A DNA stretch of 64,000 nucleotides from Tubulanus polymorphus. Taxonomy: Eukaryota > Animalia > Nemertea. The stretch is from assembly GCF_964204645.1 (NCBI RefSeq), contig NC_134026.1, positions 12,733,950-12,797,949 on the forward strand, given 5' to 3'. Below the pieces are notes generated by a model. It ran no database searches. It was not told the DNA's origin and saw only the letters and a list, made by a program, of their open reading frames with translations. Positions 24,029 through 35,873 of the stretch are shown one piece after another; position 1 is the first letter of the stretch; every line of letters begins with the position of its first letter. The position numbers were made by a program, and so were the translations under genes.

Positions 24029-24460
24029 ATGGATGATAAAATTGATGGTGTTAATATTATTCCCCATGATATAAATAAAACTTAATTAAAAACATATTTA
24101 GAAATACAAATATTAAAATGTGAAAGTGACTTAACGATAAAAAAGAAAAGATATTTAAAAAGTAAAATTATATATTATTTTATTATAAGTGGTTCAGTTA
24201 CAATTAGTTCTGTAATAACATTTCTAGCAATATTCAGTCCATTAACATCTTTAGCTATATCAATTGGTGTGCTAGGATTATCATCAAGTGTTTTAACTGG
24301 TATAAGTTCAAAATTAAATATAAAAAGTAATAAAGAAAAAATTAAAACTAATATTTAAAAAATTAATAAATCAAAAAACACATTAGATTATATAATGAGT
24401 TTAAATGGTCATATAACAGTTGAAGAACAAGATAAATTATTAAAAGAATTAATAAATTAA
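24029..24460 (+). pseudogene. Polinton two-TM membrane protein (internal stops)
   Basis: TAAATG start at 24029; IIYYFIISGSVTISSVITFLAIFSPLTSLAISIGVLGLSSSVL read through two stops. Confidence 0.55.
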
Positions 24461-24479
24461 TAATTTTTTAATTGTATAA

Positions 24480-25792
24480 ATGGGGTTTCCAAAAGCTTTC
24501 CAATATAATAAATCAATTAAATATAATATTCCGGCAGTAGATTTTAATAAAAATATTACATATAGAAATTTAGTTTTAAATTCATTAACTAATTTAGAAA
24601 TTTACGTTACTGAAACACAGTTTTTTATTTCTAAAATGGAAAATATATTTGATACATATGAAGTTACTTTTACTCGAGATGAATATCATATATATAAAGT
24701 AAAATATAATATGAAATATTCGCAGAATCAATTAAATTTTGCTGTTTATTGTGCAACAACTGGTTGTGGTGTAAGTTGGAATGATCATTTAAATAACTTA
24801 GATAAAAATTTGAATTATTCTGATTTAAAATTAATTCACACAATATTTAGATTTCACACATATTTTCAATTCAGAATGATATTAATTGAATTAGAATGTC
24901 CTTTACCCGGATCTAAATATTTTAAAGAATTGGATAATAATATTAATCTATCTAAGTTTTAATTTAAGTAGTAAAATATGTAATGAATTTAATATAAATA
25001 TTAATACCGATCTTAGAGCGCATGGTAAATAACAGGGTATTGGTGAACAGTATGAAATAAAAAGAATTGATTATATGCATAGAATTGGGGCTTATATATA
25101 ATTATAAAATTGATAATAATAATGGTTGGATTAATTTCATTTTAGAAAATAGTGAAGGTTTTACAAAATCAGGCATACAAAGAATGAATCAATCAATTAG
25201 AACTTATATGATATGTATTTTAGGTGCGCAAGTTGAAACAAGATCACCAATAGTTGGAAATGATAACACTTCATTTGATACACAGAAACAATTCAAAGTA
25301 TTATTTGAAGATTCCATTCATAATGATAAGAATAGATCGATTCCAGAAAACATTGTAAGATATCAAAATTATTTAGATAAATCACATATTAGATTAAATT
25401 ATTGTATAGGCCCTAATTTATTAATTATTTCTAATGATTTAGTATTAAAGATGGGAAATATTATTGGTTATAATAATTTGATTAAAACTGCAATAATAAA
25501 TAATAAGTTTGGATTGAATGATATAAATAAAAAGATTTTCACTGCTCCAAAATTAATGGAAGGTGAAAAAATTAAAAAACATATTCAATCAACAGAAACT
25601 AAAACTAAGAATATTAAATTGGATAATGATTCAAAAATAAAAGATTACAATACTACAGAAAATATAAAAACTGATAATATTCAACATGACATATTTAAAA
25701 CTGATCATGATAATAAATCCCATGAAAATGCTAAATTAGCTCTAACTTGTATAGGAATTGTAATCGGAGGAATATTATATTTTAAATTTTAA
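24480..25792 (+). pseudogene. Polinton hypothetical (probably virion) protein, split into ORFs 24480-24962 and 25067-25792
   Basis: QNQLNFAVYCATTGCGVS, FRFHTYFQ, GFTKSG..RMNQSIRTYMICILGAQ; C-terminal TM. Confidence 0.65.
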
Positions 25793-25802
25793 TTTTTTTA
25801 TT

Positions 25803-27288
25803 ATGCAAATGGAAGTAGAAGGTGGAGAAGATTATGAAATGGGAGAAATGGGAAATAATAATGATGGGTATATTGATGATGATTATAATGATGCAGAAAC
25901 TAATATTGATAATGATGATGGATCAGCGCTTAATTCTATTTTAGCAGAGAGCTTTGGTTCTAAAGGCCAATCAACAGATGAATTTGATAGAAGAACTAAA
26001 TCGAGAATAAATCCTGAAAATGAAAATCCAGATTTAGTAAAAAAAAGATTAGAATATAATGAATATATTTATAAATTCAAACTTGTATTTGAAAGATCTG
26101 GGTATAGTATAAATGATAGAGGCGCCAGACTTTTAGTAACAGAATTAAAATCTTTAGATGGTGAATATTACTATCATTTGAAAGATGATTATTATATTAA
26201 TATCACTTATAAAAATCAAAATAAAATATTAGCAGAATCAACTTCGAGTATTTTGGGCCATCTAGAATTAAAAGAATAAGTAATAATAGTAATGAAATAG
26301 AAAATGTTACACAAGAAGAAATAAATCAAAATAAAAGAGTATTTAAGACTATTTTAGTATTTTAGAAAGAATAAATGAATTATTTGTAACAATCAATAAT
26401 AATTTAGAAACAGAAACAACTTCTGAACAGAATATAACTTCCAAAACTAGTAAACTTAAATTAAACGAAGTTCAAACTGAAAAACTTTTACCGAATGGAT
26501 TACTTTATGCAACAGATCAAGAAATAGAAGCTTTAAGTATGTTTTCTGAAAAAACAATTAGAGAAATAATAAGTATACGAAATGAAGCCGATAAAATTGC
26601 ACGCAAAAAAAATATTAGATATAATAAAATTAAACCTTTAGAAAATAAATTATTTGACACCTGAAAAGAATAAGAACAATTAAAATTAGATAGAGAATTT
26701 AAAGTTATTGAAGAAATTGAATTTAAAAAAAGAAATGCATATTTAGAAAAAGAAATTGATGATTTAGAATATAACATAGAATTTCAGAAAGAAAAAATGA
26801 AATTATTATCAAAATCATATGATTATTGTATTAATGGATTAAAAGTTGTTGTTGAAGAGTTAATAATAAAACCAAATTCTAAAATATCATTGAAAGACAG
26901 AATAAAATTATTATTTAAGTTTGAAGGTATAACAATTCTTTCAATTGTAACAGCTGTAACTATGGTATTTACAACAATTGGTTTAGCTATATCAAATTCA
27001 TTAAAATCTACACAAATTCCGAATAAACCGGATAAACCACCTCCAAATAATAATTCTATACAAGATAAAGTTAAGGATGGTTTAAAACAATTAGCAAAAT
27101 ATTTATGGGAACTATCTAAAAAATCTGCTGCAGCTTTACCTGGAGTTATTGCATCGATTGTTGGTTTTGTTTTGAAATCTGCTGGGAATATTCTTAACTT
27201 TGCTGCTGAAAATATTATTTTATTTTTAATTACAGTTGTAAGTGCTATTATTTTTGGGTTAGTGAATATGATAAAATTAAATAATTAA
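25803..27288 (+). pseudogene. Polinton coiled-coil protein with C-terminal hydrophobic/amphipathic helices
   Basis: Acidic N-terminus, coiled-coil middle with stops, C-terminal ORF 26797-27288 (EGITILSIVTAV..., ALPGVIASIVGFVLK...). Confidence 0.65.
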
Positions 27289-27304
27289 TTTTTTTGTTAA
27301 ATAA

Positions 27305-28501
27305 ATGAGCGGGAGTTATATAAATCCTTCTAAGAATCCTAGAATATCTAATGCTATTAAAGCAGAAAGATCTCATCATATAATTACTCATAATCCTTCT
27401 AATATTAATCCTGATGAAACTATATATGTTAGAATCCCGAGATTAAATCAAAAATACTTTTTATGTTCCAAATAGTATTTATTTGTCAGCTGATATAAAT
27501 GCAACTGGTAATAATAATAATTATGTTGTTGATAATGTTGGAAGATATTTGATTAAAAAATTAACTATAAAGATTGGTCCAGAAACAGTTTTCTCATTAG
27601 ATGATTATAATTTATTTATGCATTATAAAGATTTATGGTTAACAAAAGAAAAAAGAAAACCAAAATAAATTAAGATCAGGAGCTAATGACGCAATAGTAA
27701 CTCGTACCGCAGATAATTTGATCAAAAAGATTTATGGAAGCAAACATATAATTCCATTAGATTTTGAATTGATAAATAATAATGCACCTTTATATAAATA
27801 CGCAATTCAAGAAGATATCCTATTCGAAATAACATTTGCTCCTGTTAATGAAATTGTATTATCTAGCGTTGTAAAAGATATGGGTTATAAATTATCGAAT
27901 ATATGCTTAGAATATGACACAGTAACTGATGAAAATATTTCAAGTATAATTCAAACTCAATACAATCAAGGATTTTCATTATTATATGATTATATTGATA
28001 AATTTAAAACTGTAACTATTGATGCAATTAATGCAATTATTAATGAGAATATTAACTTAAGAAGATCTATTAAAGGTATATTAATGTTTTTTACCATTGC
28101 AACATATTCTAATGGCACAATACAGGTCGATAATTATTATAATCCTGAAATAACAAAAGTAGAAATAACTACCGAAGGTATAGCAAATAAAATATTTTGT
28201 CAAGGAATGAGAATGATAGATCAGTGGCCAGAAATTATAAAACATTTTATGAATGAAAACATCTGAAAATTGTTATATTAATCAAATTGATTATTATACC
28301 GGTAATAAATATGCATTATGGTTAGATTTTAGAACAACAGAGGATAATTCATTACATGGTTCTGGAAAAAAACACTAAAGATGGAATACAATTATTCATG
28401 ATAAAGAATAAAGGAATCAAAAATTTTAAAATGCACATTTATATTATATCTGATGGCAATTAAATATCATAAATTCTCAATTGAATAGTGTTATGTATTG
28501 A
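27305..28501 (+). pseudogene. Major capsid protein (double jelly-roll, Polinton/adintovirus type), frameshifted
   Basis: THNPSNINPDETIYVRIPRL, VDNVGRYLIKKL, IPLDFE, LSNICLEYD, YYNPEITKVEIT, KYALWLDFRT..DNSLHGSG. Confidence 0.75.
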
Positions 28502-28533
28502 AATTTTAATTTTAATAAAAAAAATTATAATAA

Positions 28534-29684
28534 ATGGAAGGAGGAATATATGAAATACAAAGTCCAAGTGAAATGATATCAGATATATATTATATAATAC
28601 CTTATGATGAATACAGTAAGTATTTTGGATAATACTTTAATCAATTCAAATATAGAATAAGTAAAATAGATAATAATATTGAAACAAAAATAGAAGATAA
28701 TATTGAACCTAAAATAGAAGATAATATTGAATCTAAAACAGAAGATAATATTGATTCTACATCTAATGATAATGAAAATATAGATATTATACCTTCTACA
28801 TCTAATAATGATATAAAAGTTAAATCTGATACCAAAACCAAAAAGACAAATGAAAAATATTGTGACTTATGTAAGAAATATATATCATATAAAAATTGGG
28901 CATCACATAAGAAATCAAAGAAACATGTAGAAAAAGAAAAGAATAATAATCATAATAATATATCAGATAGTAATATAATAGATAACTTAATAAATACTGT
29001 TAATACAATTGAAACTAATGATACCATAGATATTATAACAGATAATGTAATAAATAATGTTAACCCAATTGAAACTTATTATAATGATATAACAGATAAT
29101 GAAATAATTGATGATTCTAAAAAACATGGTAACATTTGTAATTTAGATATTTCAAAAAGTAATTTTTCTAAACATAAAAAAAATCTCAAGCGCATATAGA
29201 AAATGAAAAGGTGTTAGAAGAACATGAAAAGAAATTAGAAGAAATAGAAAGAAATAAAACGTGTCAATATTGTAATAAGAAAATTGAACCTGTTGATGAA
29301 AATACTCATTATAAATCAACCATTGTTAAATAACCCAAAGAAATATATCAAATATTTTAATCCTAAAACTAAACAATATTATATATTCTATAAGCTGTTA
29401 TTTGATAAATTATTAGCTTATGCAGAAGATAATCCTGAACAAATATATAAATTATTATATTTTAGAAAAATAGATTTAAGTTATCTAATAAAAATTTTGG
29501 ATATCATTTTGATTTTGATGATTTTGATGAATACTTTGAAAGATTAAGAAAACAAGCTAATATACCTACTAATTATCGTTTAAAGATGGCTCGACTAGAA
29601 TTAATAAATCTACCTAAGAATTATGGTGAATTAGATATAAACAAAGATGATTTTATAAATGTATTAGAAACAAAATTAGAATAA
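28534..29684 (+). pseudogene. Polinton hypothetical protein with zinc fingers and KIEDNIE repeats
   Basis: TAAATG start; CDLCKKYISYKNWASHKKSKKH; 24-nt tandem repeats at ~28660-28760; several lesions. Confidence 0.55.
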
Positions 29685-30027
29685 TTATTATAAAACTATT
29701 TATATATCTATGTACTAGACGTACGTAAGAATCTTGGTAAGAATCTTGGCAAGAATTCTTACTCGTACGTCTAGTACATAGATATATAAACAGTTTCAGA
29801 ATAATTATTCTAAATATAAATTATATATATATTTGTTCCCCTGTGTAAACATAAATTATAAACATAAATTATAAACATAGTTTTAATATATAATTTATTC
29901 ATTATTATATATTTCATTAAATAATTTATATATCTATGTACTAGATGTACGAGTAAGAATCCAAGAATTCTTACTAAGATTCTTACCAAGATTCTTACTC
30001 GTACGTCTAGTGCATAGATGTATAAAT
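29676..30027. terminator. Pair of long hairpins (29676-29813 and 29924-30027) at the convergent junction of Polinton gene blocks
   Basis: Stem TTTATATATCTATGTACTAGAYGTACG/CGTACGTCTAGTRCATAGATRTATAAA occurs twice; loops built from AAGAATCTTGG/CCAAGATTCTT units; terminator role inferred. Confidence 0.7.
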
Positions 30028-30049
30028 AGTTTCTATAATCTTGCAAATT

Positions 30050-30625
30050 TTATTTTATAAATTTATATTCATAGGGAAATTGTAGTCTCAGAAGTAATTT
30101 TGAACCTTTATTATTCTTTAATTTATTCATATATTCATCATGTAATTCAGTAGGTATAATTTGATTTTCTTCCAATGATTGTTGCATAGATTTTCTATCT
30201 TTGTTATAAAATAAAACTAAAAATCTTATATTCTCCCTAAAGTCTTTAACAATTGAATTATATTTTTGATTTAAAACCCACGTTGTTATCCCAAAATGTC
30301 TCCCAGAGAAAGCTAGATAACATAACTCACTTTCTCTCACTTTTAAATCATGTAAATTTGCACAATCATCTATAATGAATAATGTATTTGATCCTTTATA
30401 AATATCAATTGCTATTTTAATACAATTATCTAAATTTTCTTTTACTGTTTTAGGATCTAATATAATAAACTTTTTTATCTTAACTATATCTCTATTATAT
30501 GTTTTATTCATTTCATAAGTGGTGCAGAATAATATTATATTATCAAAATGATTCTTATAAATAGTTTCTAACAAATCTAATATGAAATGTGTTTTACCAC
30601 AGTTTGTTACCCCAGTAACTAACAT
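30050..30625 (-). CDS. A32/FtsK-like DNA packaging ATPase
   Basis: Walker A GVTNCGKT, Walker B FIIDD, SGRHFGIT..LNQKY; frame open upstream to 30661. Confidence 0.9.
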   Translation of the reverse strand: MLVTGVTNCGKTHFILDLLETIYKNHFDNIILFCTTYEMNKTYNRDIVKIKKFIILDPKTVKENLDNCIKIAIDIYKGSNTLFIIDDCANLHDLKVRESELCYLAFSGRHFGITTWVLNQKYNSIVKDFRENIRFLVLFYNKDRKSMQQSLEENQIIPTELHDEYMNKLKNNKGSKLLLRLQFPYEYKFIK

Positions 30626-30656
30626 ATTATGCGGTTCAAATATAAATAAATCTTTA

Positions 30657-31739
30657 TTAATTTATTCTTTTAATTTTACTAGATAAAATCCATTCATTAA
30701 ATTTATCATCATACCCTTTATATTTCACGGAAGAATACTTGTTTCCTTTAAGAGTTTTTGTTTTCAATACTTTTTCTATTTTATATTCTATTTCATCTGG
30801 ATTTGGTACAAGCGATAATTCTTGTTCATAGAAATAACCTAATATTTCTTCATCTTTTAAATCTTCTAATTTATAAACAAAAGGTTGAGTTAATATTATC
30901 TTTTTAATCTTAAATATTTCTTCAGTAAAATTTGGAGTATAACCTTTATAAAATGTTTTTCGATATTTAGATATTCTGACATGTTGTCCAATTTTAAATT
31001 TAGGTTCTCCAAAATCATGTGTAACAAATACCCCATATAAATTATTCCAAACTATTTCTGAATTATCTTCTTTTCTAGCTTGCATAGGTTTTATATTTAT
31101 AGAACTACGTTTAGAATTATCATAACCTTTCACTAAATCATCTAACACATCGATATATTTATATGTTTCATTAGCAGAAAAATATTTCCACATTCTAGTT
31201 TTCAATGTTTTATTAAAGCTTTCTATAATAGATGCTTTTTTATCTGAGTGTGTTGAAAAATACTCTACATCGTTATCAGATAATAGTTTTTTAAAATGTT
31301 TATTATAAAATTCTTTACCTTCATCAAATTGTATCTTACCTGGAATAGCTTCTTTAAATATTGATTTAAAAGCATTTGTCACTTCTATTCCAGTTATATT
31401 TTTGGTTGGAATTGACCATGCGTATCTGCTGAATATGTCTATAACATTTAATATCCAGAAATATCCTTTGTTGTATTCTTCTAAGTTCTTCATGTCAATT
31501 AAATCAGCTTGCCATTGGTGATCGATATATGAAACCATAACTTTTCTTGTTAAATAATCTTTATCCATTTTCTTATGGATTTGATTTTTTGGTTGATTTT
31601 GTAACCATAATTTTAACTCACTATATTTTATATTTTCTTTATCAGATTTAATTTTATCCCATAATTCTGTAACGCTAGAATATGATACTTCACTCTCTTG
31701 GTTACAATATAAATCTCTTAAATATTGTTCTTTTTTCAT
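30657..31739 (-). CDS. Retroviral-type (rve) integrase with C-terminal chromodomain
   Basis: WQADLIDM, IQFDEGKEF, KASIIESFNKTLK; YKIEKVLK...VKYKGYDDKFNEWI. Confidence 0.93.
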   Translation of the reverse strand: MKKEQYLRDLYCNQESEVSYSSVTELWDKIKSDKENIKYSELKLWLQNQPKNQIHKKMDKDYLTRKVMVSYIDHQWQADLIDMKNLEEYNKGYFWILNVIDIFSRYAWSIPTKNITGIEVTNAFKSIFKEAIPGKIQFDEGKEFYNKHFKKLLSDNDVEYFSTHSDKKASIIESFNKTLKTRMWKYFSANETYKYIDVLDDLVKGYDNSKRSSINIKPMQARKEDNSEIVWNNLYGVFVTHDFGEPKFKIGQHVRISKYRKTFYKGYTPNFTEEIFKIKKIILTQPFVYKLEDLKDEEILGYFYEQELSLVPNPDEIEYKIEKVLKTKTLKGNKYSSVKYKGYDDKFNEWILSSKIKRIN

Positions 31740-32066
31740 CTTATTTCAATCCATTAATAATAATTTAGATTTAGTTTCAATTTTTTCAATTGACTTATTT
31801 TCTGGTATAATAGGTTAATCATCGGAATCATTATTATTAGATTTATACTTATATTTATATATTACGCCGGAGAATATAATAATATATAAGTAATTATTTC
31901 TTCCACTATTAGAAGAATCAGATGGATTGTTATTTGAATTAATATCAGGTGATTCATTTATATCAGTTAACTTCTTTTTCTTAGCTTTTTTAATTCTGAA
32001 GATCTTTTTCCCAACTCCCTAGCCCATTTAATTTGTTTTTCAGATCTAGGCTTTTTTTAAATATCA

Positions 32067-32660
32067 TCACTCATTTATTTTAGTTAATTTTTGTTCTGAT
32101 TCATTTTCTGTTTCACCGTGTCGGTGTCGTACGGCACCATCTGTTTCGTTCTTACCTGATTTATATTCTATAGGCTTGATATTCGTAAATGTTATGACAC
32201 CAGTAGAAATTAATGTCATAACCGATCCTAATTGGAATGAAGCATATCCAACCCATTTTTGTAATTCAGTCATAACTAAGTAGTCATTTTTTAAATCAAC
32301 ATATAATTTATTTTCATCATTAATTGACATTAACCGGTTACATAATTTTGAATAACATTTGACAATACCATCAGAAATAGAATCATTTATTCTAGCTAAT
32401 CTTGACTCTTCATAAATCTTAAAATATTTTATTACTTTAGCTGGTTTCATGGCTAATTCTTGGAAAGTAATAAAAACTCTAGATTTTCCACCAGCAATTA
32501 ATAATTCTAGATGGTGGTTACAATATAAGTAGTATTCATAATCAATATTATTATGAACTTGAGCACAATTAGTAACAACTGTATCATTATTGCCAGTAAT
32601 GCCCAAATCCTCAATTGTCTTTTCAATATCAATACTATTCTTATTCAATTTCTTTGACAT
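32067..32660 (-). CDS. Polinton hypothetical protein
   Basis: 197-aa ORF with TAAATG start and one hydrophobic segment. Confidence 0.6.
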   Translation of the reverse strand: MSKKLNKNSIDIEKTIEDLGITGNNDTVVTNCAQVHNNIDYEYYLYCNHHLELLIAGGKSRVFITFQELAMKPAKVIKYFKIYEESRLARINDSISDGIVKCYSKLCNRLMSINDENKLYVDLKNDYLVMTELQKWVGYASFQLGSVMTLISTGVITFTNIKPIEYKSGKNETDGAVRHRHGETENESEQKLTKINE

Positions 32661-33007
32661 TTATATTAGGGAAAAAAGCGAAAAAAATATTATACCTTCA
32701 AATGATACTAGTAACTCTTTAGTTAATACTAGCTTAGTTAAGTTAAAAAATTCTAGTATTAACTAGATTTGAATAGCTATTTGAAGATATGTAATTTTCA
32801 TTCAAATCTTATCAAAATATAAAGTATTCTCTTTTTGAAAAGAACTATTAGAATTCTAATGAAATAAAAATAAAAATAATGGCTAGTTGAAGATATTGTT
32901 TTTTAAATATTTTTTATTTGAATTAGGATTCAATACCTCACTACTTTTGTCTATCTATAGGAGCAGTTAAAATAACTGTCCAGATAAGTCATTTCGGATT
33001 CTCGATA

Positions 33008-33577
33008 TTAAATTATATTCCATAATTGTATAAATCTTTCAGCTTTAATTATTTGATTATTATATAATTCATTATCAATTTTATCACGTTTAATTCTATT
33101 TTCTATTTTGGATAAAGGTTGAATATTCATCCAATTACATATTGTTTTTATTTCAGATTCATCTTCTATTGATGATAATGGGATAACATGATTCAACTCC
33201 CAATATTCTCCATGATTCTCAAATTTCATGTTATTATCGAACTGATATTCTATCCATGATTTAAAAAATTCTATAGAACACCCTAAATAACCAATTGATC
33301 TATCAGATTTTATATAATTTCTGAAAACTCTGTTCAAACTAGTTCTGTTAGTATGCTTTAATTTGAATAATTGATCTGAATTACATTTTACTTTTTGGTA
33401 ATTATTGATATGTTCGCGGTTATCTTTTATCCAATCTCTCATGTATTCTGGGTTATTTTCTCGATATTGTGCATTATTTTGTTTCCAACATGTTTTACAA
33501 ATATTTCGTAAACCATCTTTGTAAATCCTTTGTTTATAATATTCTGAAGATTGTTTATTTAATTCACAATTCAACAT
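33008..33577 (-). CDS. HNH-type (endonuclease VII-like) nuclease of the giant-virus family
   Basis: DGLRNICKTC; YLGCSIEFFKSWIEYQF...WELNHVIP...NWMNIQPL...ENRIK. Confidence 0.75.
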   Translation of the reverse strand: MLNCELNKQSSEYYKQRIYKDGLRNICKTCWKQNNAQYRENNPEYMRDWIKDNREHINNYQKVKCNSDQLFKLKHTNRTSLNRVFRNYIKSDRSIGYLGCSIEFFKSWIEYQFDNNMKFENHGEYWELNHVIPLSSIEDESEIKTICNWMNIQPLSKIENRIKRDKIDNELYNNQIIKAERFIQLWNII

Positions 33578-33650
33578 ATCTTATGATAGATATTTATAAC
33601 ACCAGCGTTATTTGTAATATTAATAATTTGTGGCTGTTTACTTCCAAACA

Positions 33651-33850
33651 AATCAAACTCGGCCAGACAAAATCAAACTTGGTCAACATCAAACTTGGCC
33701 AGACGATCAAAAAGTGAATATATCTCTTCCTTCGGGTTGGACAAGACGACCATATCCAAAGGCAGGATAGAGAGGCGTTTCTTGACCAAGTTTGATTTTG
33801 TCTGGCCGAGTTTGATTCCGGCCCAGTTTGATTTCGACCGAGTTTGATTT
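33651..33850. repeat. Foldback/MITE-like inverted repeat with AATCAAACT(C/T)GG subrepeats
   Basis: AATCAAACTCGGCCAGACAAAATCAAACTTGGTCAA and its exact inverse at ~33782-33817, plus extra subunits. Confidence 0.75.
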
Positions 33851-33859
33851 TTCCGGTCT

Positions 33860-34813
33860 CTTATCCTAGCGAAACCAACCGACCGAGAGCGTCACTACGA
33901 TGGACAGTCATAATCAATTTTGTTTTGTTTAGTCGAGCAGACTTTTGTACATACGTAAAATCATTTGCCGGGCGTATCGATCGTCACATCATTTTCAACT
34001 ACGACTGTATTGATTCGCTCTCGGTTGAGCGATTTCGCTTCGATTGTATATAAAATGTATATATTTCTACATTTGATCGCGATTGAATAATGATTTGAGA
34101 TCGTCGCTATAATTTTCTATTCATCTCTCACCGTAGGCCTACGCCCGAGTAAGGTGACTTTAAAGTAATTTCGTGACTTCGTATAATTTGACGTTCCCGA
34201 CGCGAGACCGTACCGAGACGCGTCCGAGGTGTAAACTTTATGAACTGGAGAAATGATTAAATTCAGGAGTTCAACTCTTGACATGATAAATTTTATACAA
34301 GTCTTACATTTTCTTCTTTTCTGAACGAGGAGAGGAGTTCCACCGCTATTTTCTGTCTCAGTGCCAATTATTATCATTCGTCTTAACGAGAGGACCAGTT
34401 CGATCGGGGACGTATCGGCAGTAGTTAGACGAAGACCATCAATCGAGGATTCGAACCCTCAATCTTTTTATCGACTGACGGCCTTTATCCGTGGGTAGTC
34501 ATGACAAAGTGTCATATACGTGAGAGAACGGTAGATGTTGGGAGAACTACGTTCGAACCCGTGCGAAATCCTGGCCAGGTAGTCGCTACGAGGACGCCGA
34601 GCCCTGATCATGGAATGAGAAGACTGAATATTTTTATTTGATTATAATTTCGACGAGAACTAATATCTTTTCCCTGAGGAGGAATTACTTCCCTCAAAAT
34701 TTTCGTATAACCCGATTATATTGTCTCAGGGCGAACCCTAGTAGCAAACGCCTATTTCATTTATTATATACATAAACACATAAAGATACGCTACCCAGGA
34801 GAGAAACGCTACA
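33860..34813 (-). mobile_element. Possible LTR remnant (candidate 5' LTR of the Gypsy element)
   Basis: CpG-rich non-coding block with composition like the Gypsy; ends ...CGCTACA (TGTAGCG on minus); no partner LTR in window. Confidence 0.3.
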
Positions 34814-35873
34814 AAAGCACGAAGATTTGAAATACATGTTTGAAAACCATCAAAAATAAAAATTGTCGTTTCGTCATGGAAGTTTTAAATAAATCCTTGT
34901 AGGTCACCTTGTCTATCATGCCACATGTATGCAATACACAGAAATGGCGGCCAATGGCGAAATTTGTGGAGAAATTAATTAATTTCTCAAAATAATGTTG
35001 ATTAATCATTCGAAACATACATAGAATTGGATTATTTCGAAATGTACCTGTGTTAGTTTGTGAATTAAGCCATTCATTGTGAACTGAAGTGAATAGAAAG
35101 TATATTTTTGAAGTGTTACTTTTTTCAACCGTGTTTTGGTCCTTGTCATCCCTAACGTTGGTATAAGCCCATCCGATTATAAAAAGCTTACCACCAACGA
35201 TTAGGTAACTAACTAAATCATCACATGTGTTAAATGTTTGTGTTGATGAAGGCGATTAGAGGGACACATGGCATCCACTACATATAAAACAGTAGATAGA
35301 TTTCTGGAGATTTAAAGTTTGGATGCTCTGATGAACTCTATCAGCTGTTGGTTGGTTAAGGCATAGCTCAGTGCTAAATTTCTATGGTTACAGTACATTG
35401 CAGGTGACACAAATTATTCGCCTGCTGCCTGGCTACGATGTACCTGGTACCTACGTGCATGGTCTCTTTTAGATGGATGTCTGGATGGTATAGTACAGTG
35501 TTCATGACTATAGACCCGGGTGATCCGAATTCCCCACCTGCCTGAAAATCTCATAGCGGAGGTAACGCGTATATCTTTGCTGCACACCGATCTCCTTGAA
35601 AGGTCCAAATGCTATTTTTGTGAAAAAGTACACGGGCCTCTCCATCTGATACTTTTAACACAGGGTAGATTAATATTTAACTAATACTTTTAAACAAGAT
35701 TTCTTCAGAATAAAAAATACGTCTGATAGTATCATTTTTTATGCATGTTGCCACAGGGGTTTGGCGATGGGCTTGGATTTAATTTCCGGGTTATTGATAA
35801 TCTCGCGAGAATGGCGCTAAATATGAACTGCGAATAAATTCAAAATATCACGGAAATACCTTGTGTTTATATT

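Larger units (their letters stand above)
23361..33630. mobile_element. Polinton/Maverick (adintovirus-like) right block: structural genes (+); ATPase, integrase and HNH (-)
   Basis: MCP-like gene, A32-like ATPase, rve integrase with chromodomain; same AT bias and start motif as the left block. Confidence 0.9.

Noticed and set aside
29810-30046. 78-aa ORF with VRIL repeats
   Set aside because: Translation of the hairpin loop repeats
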